Source of the DNA: an uncultured Clostridia bacterium
GTDB lineage: Bacteria; Bacillota; Clostridia; TANB77; CAG-508
Length of the DNA: 64,000 nucleotides
Assembly: GCA_963557965.1 (NCBI GenBank)
Contig: CAUWEX010000002.1
Coordinates: 16,451 to 80,450 of the forward strand
Direction of reading: 5' to 3'
Every line of letters starts with the position of its first letter. Positions within the stretch are counted from its first letter, which is position 1. The notes under the pieces were generated by a model that saw nothing but the letters and a program-made list of their open reading frames with translations, made no database searches and had not been told where the DNA came from. Shown one piece after another: positions 63,362 to 64,000 of the stretch. Made by a program: the position numbers and the translations under genes.

Positions 63362-64000
63362 TTATTCCTCTTTATTCTCTTTCTTTTCCTTCTCCAAATT
63401 CCTATATGTTGGCACAACATCTGAAATAACATCTTTTATCTCATCTTTTTGCTCGTTGTTAGCTGTTTCCAACAAATGTGTTAATTTATCTAACTTTTGT
63501 TGTAGCATATCCATATCTATTTTACTTGGCTTAGCAATATGAATTTTATCGTGTTTTGTTTCACTTAGCCCTTCTTCTGCCATTAATATTTCTTCATATA
63601 GTTTTTCACCAGGGCGTAAGCCCGTTACTTTTATTTGAATATCTACATCAGGTTCTAATCCAGATAGTTTTATTAGTTTTACTGCCATATCATATATTTT
63701 TACTGGTTCTCCCATATCAAGCACAAAGATTTCTCCACCTTTTGCTCCTGACATTGCTTGTAACACAAGTGATACCGCTTCTGGTATAGTCATAAAAAAT
63801 CTTGTTATATCTTTATGTGTTACAGTTACTGGACCACCGTTAGCAATTTGCTTTTTAAATAGTGGTACTACTGAACCATTGCTTCCTAATACATTTCCAA
63901 AACGTACTGCTGCATATTCTGTTTGGCTAACTTTGTTTTTAGCTTGTACTATTAATTCACACAGACGTTTTGTAGCTCCCATTATATTTGTTGGATTTAC
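63362..64000 (-). CDS. Polysaccharide biosynthesis protein CapD/PglF-like (UDP-sugar 4,6-dehydratase). Only the C-terminal part is present; the gene runs off the window.
   Basis: It has …AAVRFGNVLGSNGSVVPLFKKQIANGGPVTVTHKDITRFFMTIPEAV…. The ORF is open to position 64000. Confidence 0.85.
   Translation of the reverse strand, partial: VNPTNIMGATKRLCELIVQAKNKVSQTEYAAVRFGNVLGSNGSVVPLFKKQIANGGPVTVTHKDITRFFMTIPEAVSLVLQAMSGAKGGEIFVLDMGEPVKIYDMAVKLIKLSGLEPDVDIQIKVTGLRPGEKLYEEILMAEEGLSETKHDKIHIAKPSKIDMDMLQQKLDKLTHLLETANNEQKDEIKDVISDVVPTYRNLEKEKKENKEE

Overview
The window looks like a low-GC (roughly 28% GC), spore-forming Firmicute chromosome, probably Clostridium-like. Almost every gene is on the minus strand. 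From low to high coordinate it holds:

- An AddA-type helicase-nuclease with no adjacent addB.
- A pair of heterodimeric ABC exporter genes, then lexA, then a BspA-type LRR surface protein preceded by a (GT)13 microsatellite.
- A sporulation block: spoIIQ-like, spoIID, sigF, spoIIAB, spoIIAA.
- Housekeeping genes: valS, an aldehyde and an alcohol dehydrogenase, pfk, a class B PBP, two alpha/beta hydrolases, rnpB (RNase P RNA, the only GC-rich island), dtd, gpsA, plsY, der, pyk, an acyl-ACP thioesterase, pgi, spoIIP and glmM.
- A capsule/exopolysaccharide locus. Its regulatory genes (CpsC-like co-polymerase, CpsD-like BY-kinase, CpsB-like PHP phosphatase) sit about 7 kb away from the biosynthetic genes. 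Those are ugd, wzx, wzy, six glycosyltransferases, an ATP-grasp ligase, a GNAT, a PglC-like initiating transferase, a DegT aminotransferase and a partial CapD/PglF dehydratase at the window edge.

The gap inside the capsule locus holds a mobile-looking insert:

- A HigB/HigA-like toxin-antitoxin pair plus a third overlapping gene.
- A Bro-N antirepressor and a C-terminal Rpn-transposase remnant that share a 36-bp repeat.
- A Ser/Thr-rich Zn-ribbon membrane protein.
- A sortase-signal cohesin-like protein next to a membrane-anchored beta-helix protein carrying a C-terminal dockerin.

Four genes (addA, one ABC exporter, sigF, the dockerin protein) each carry a +1 frameshift. All four have the same signature: a C inserted immediately 5' of a GGR glycine codon on the coding strand, seen as 'CCG' on the + strand. 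This is either a systematic sequencing artefact or real pseudogenisation; read-level evidence is needed to decide. No CRISPR array and no tRNA genes were seen.
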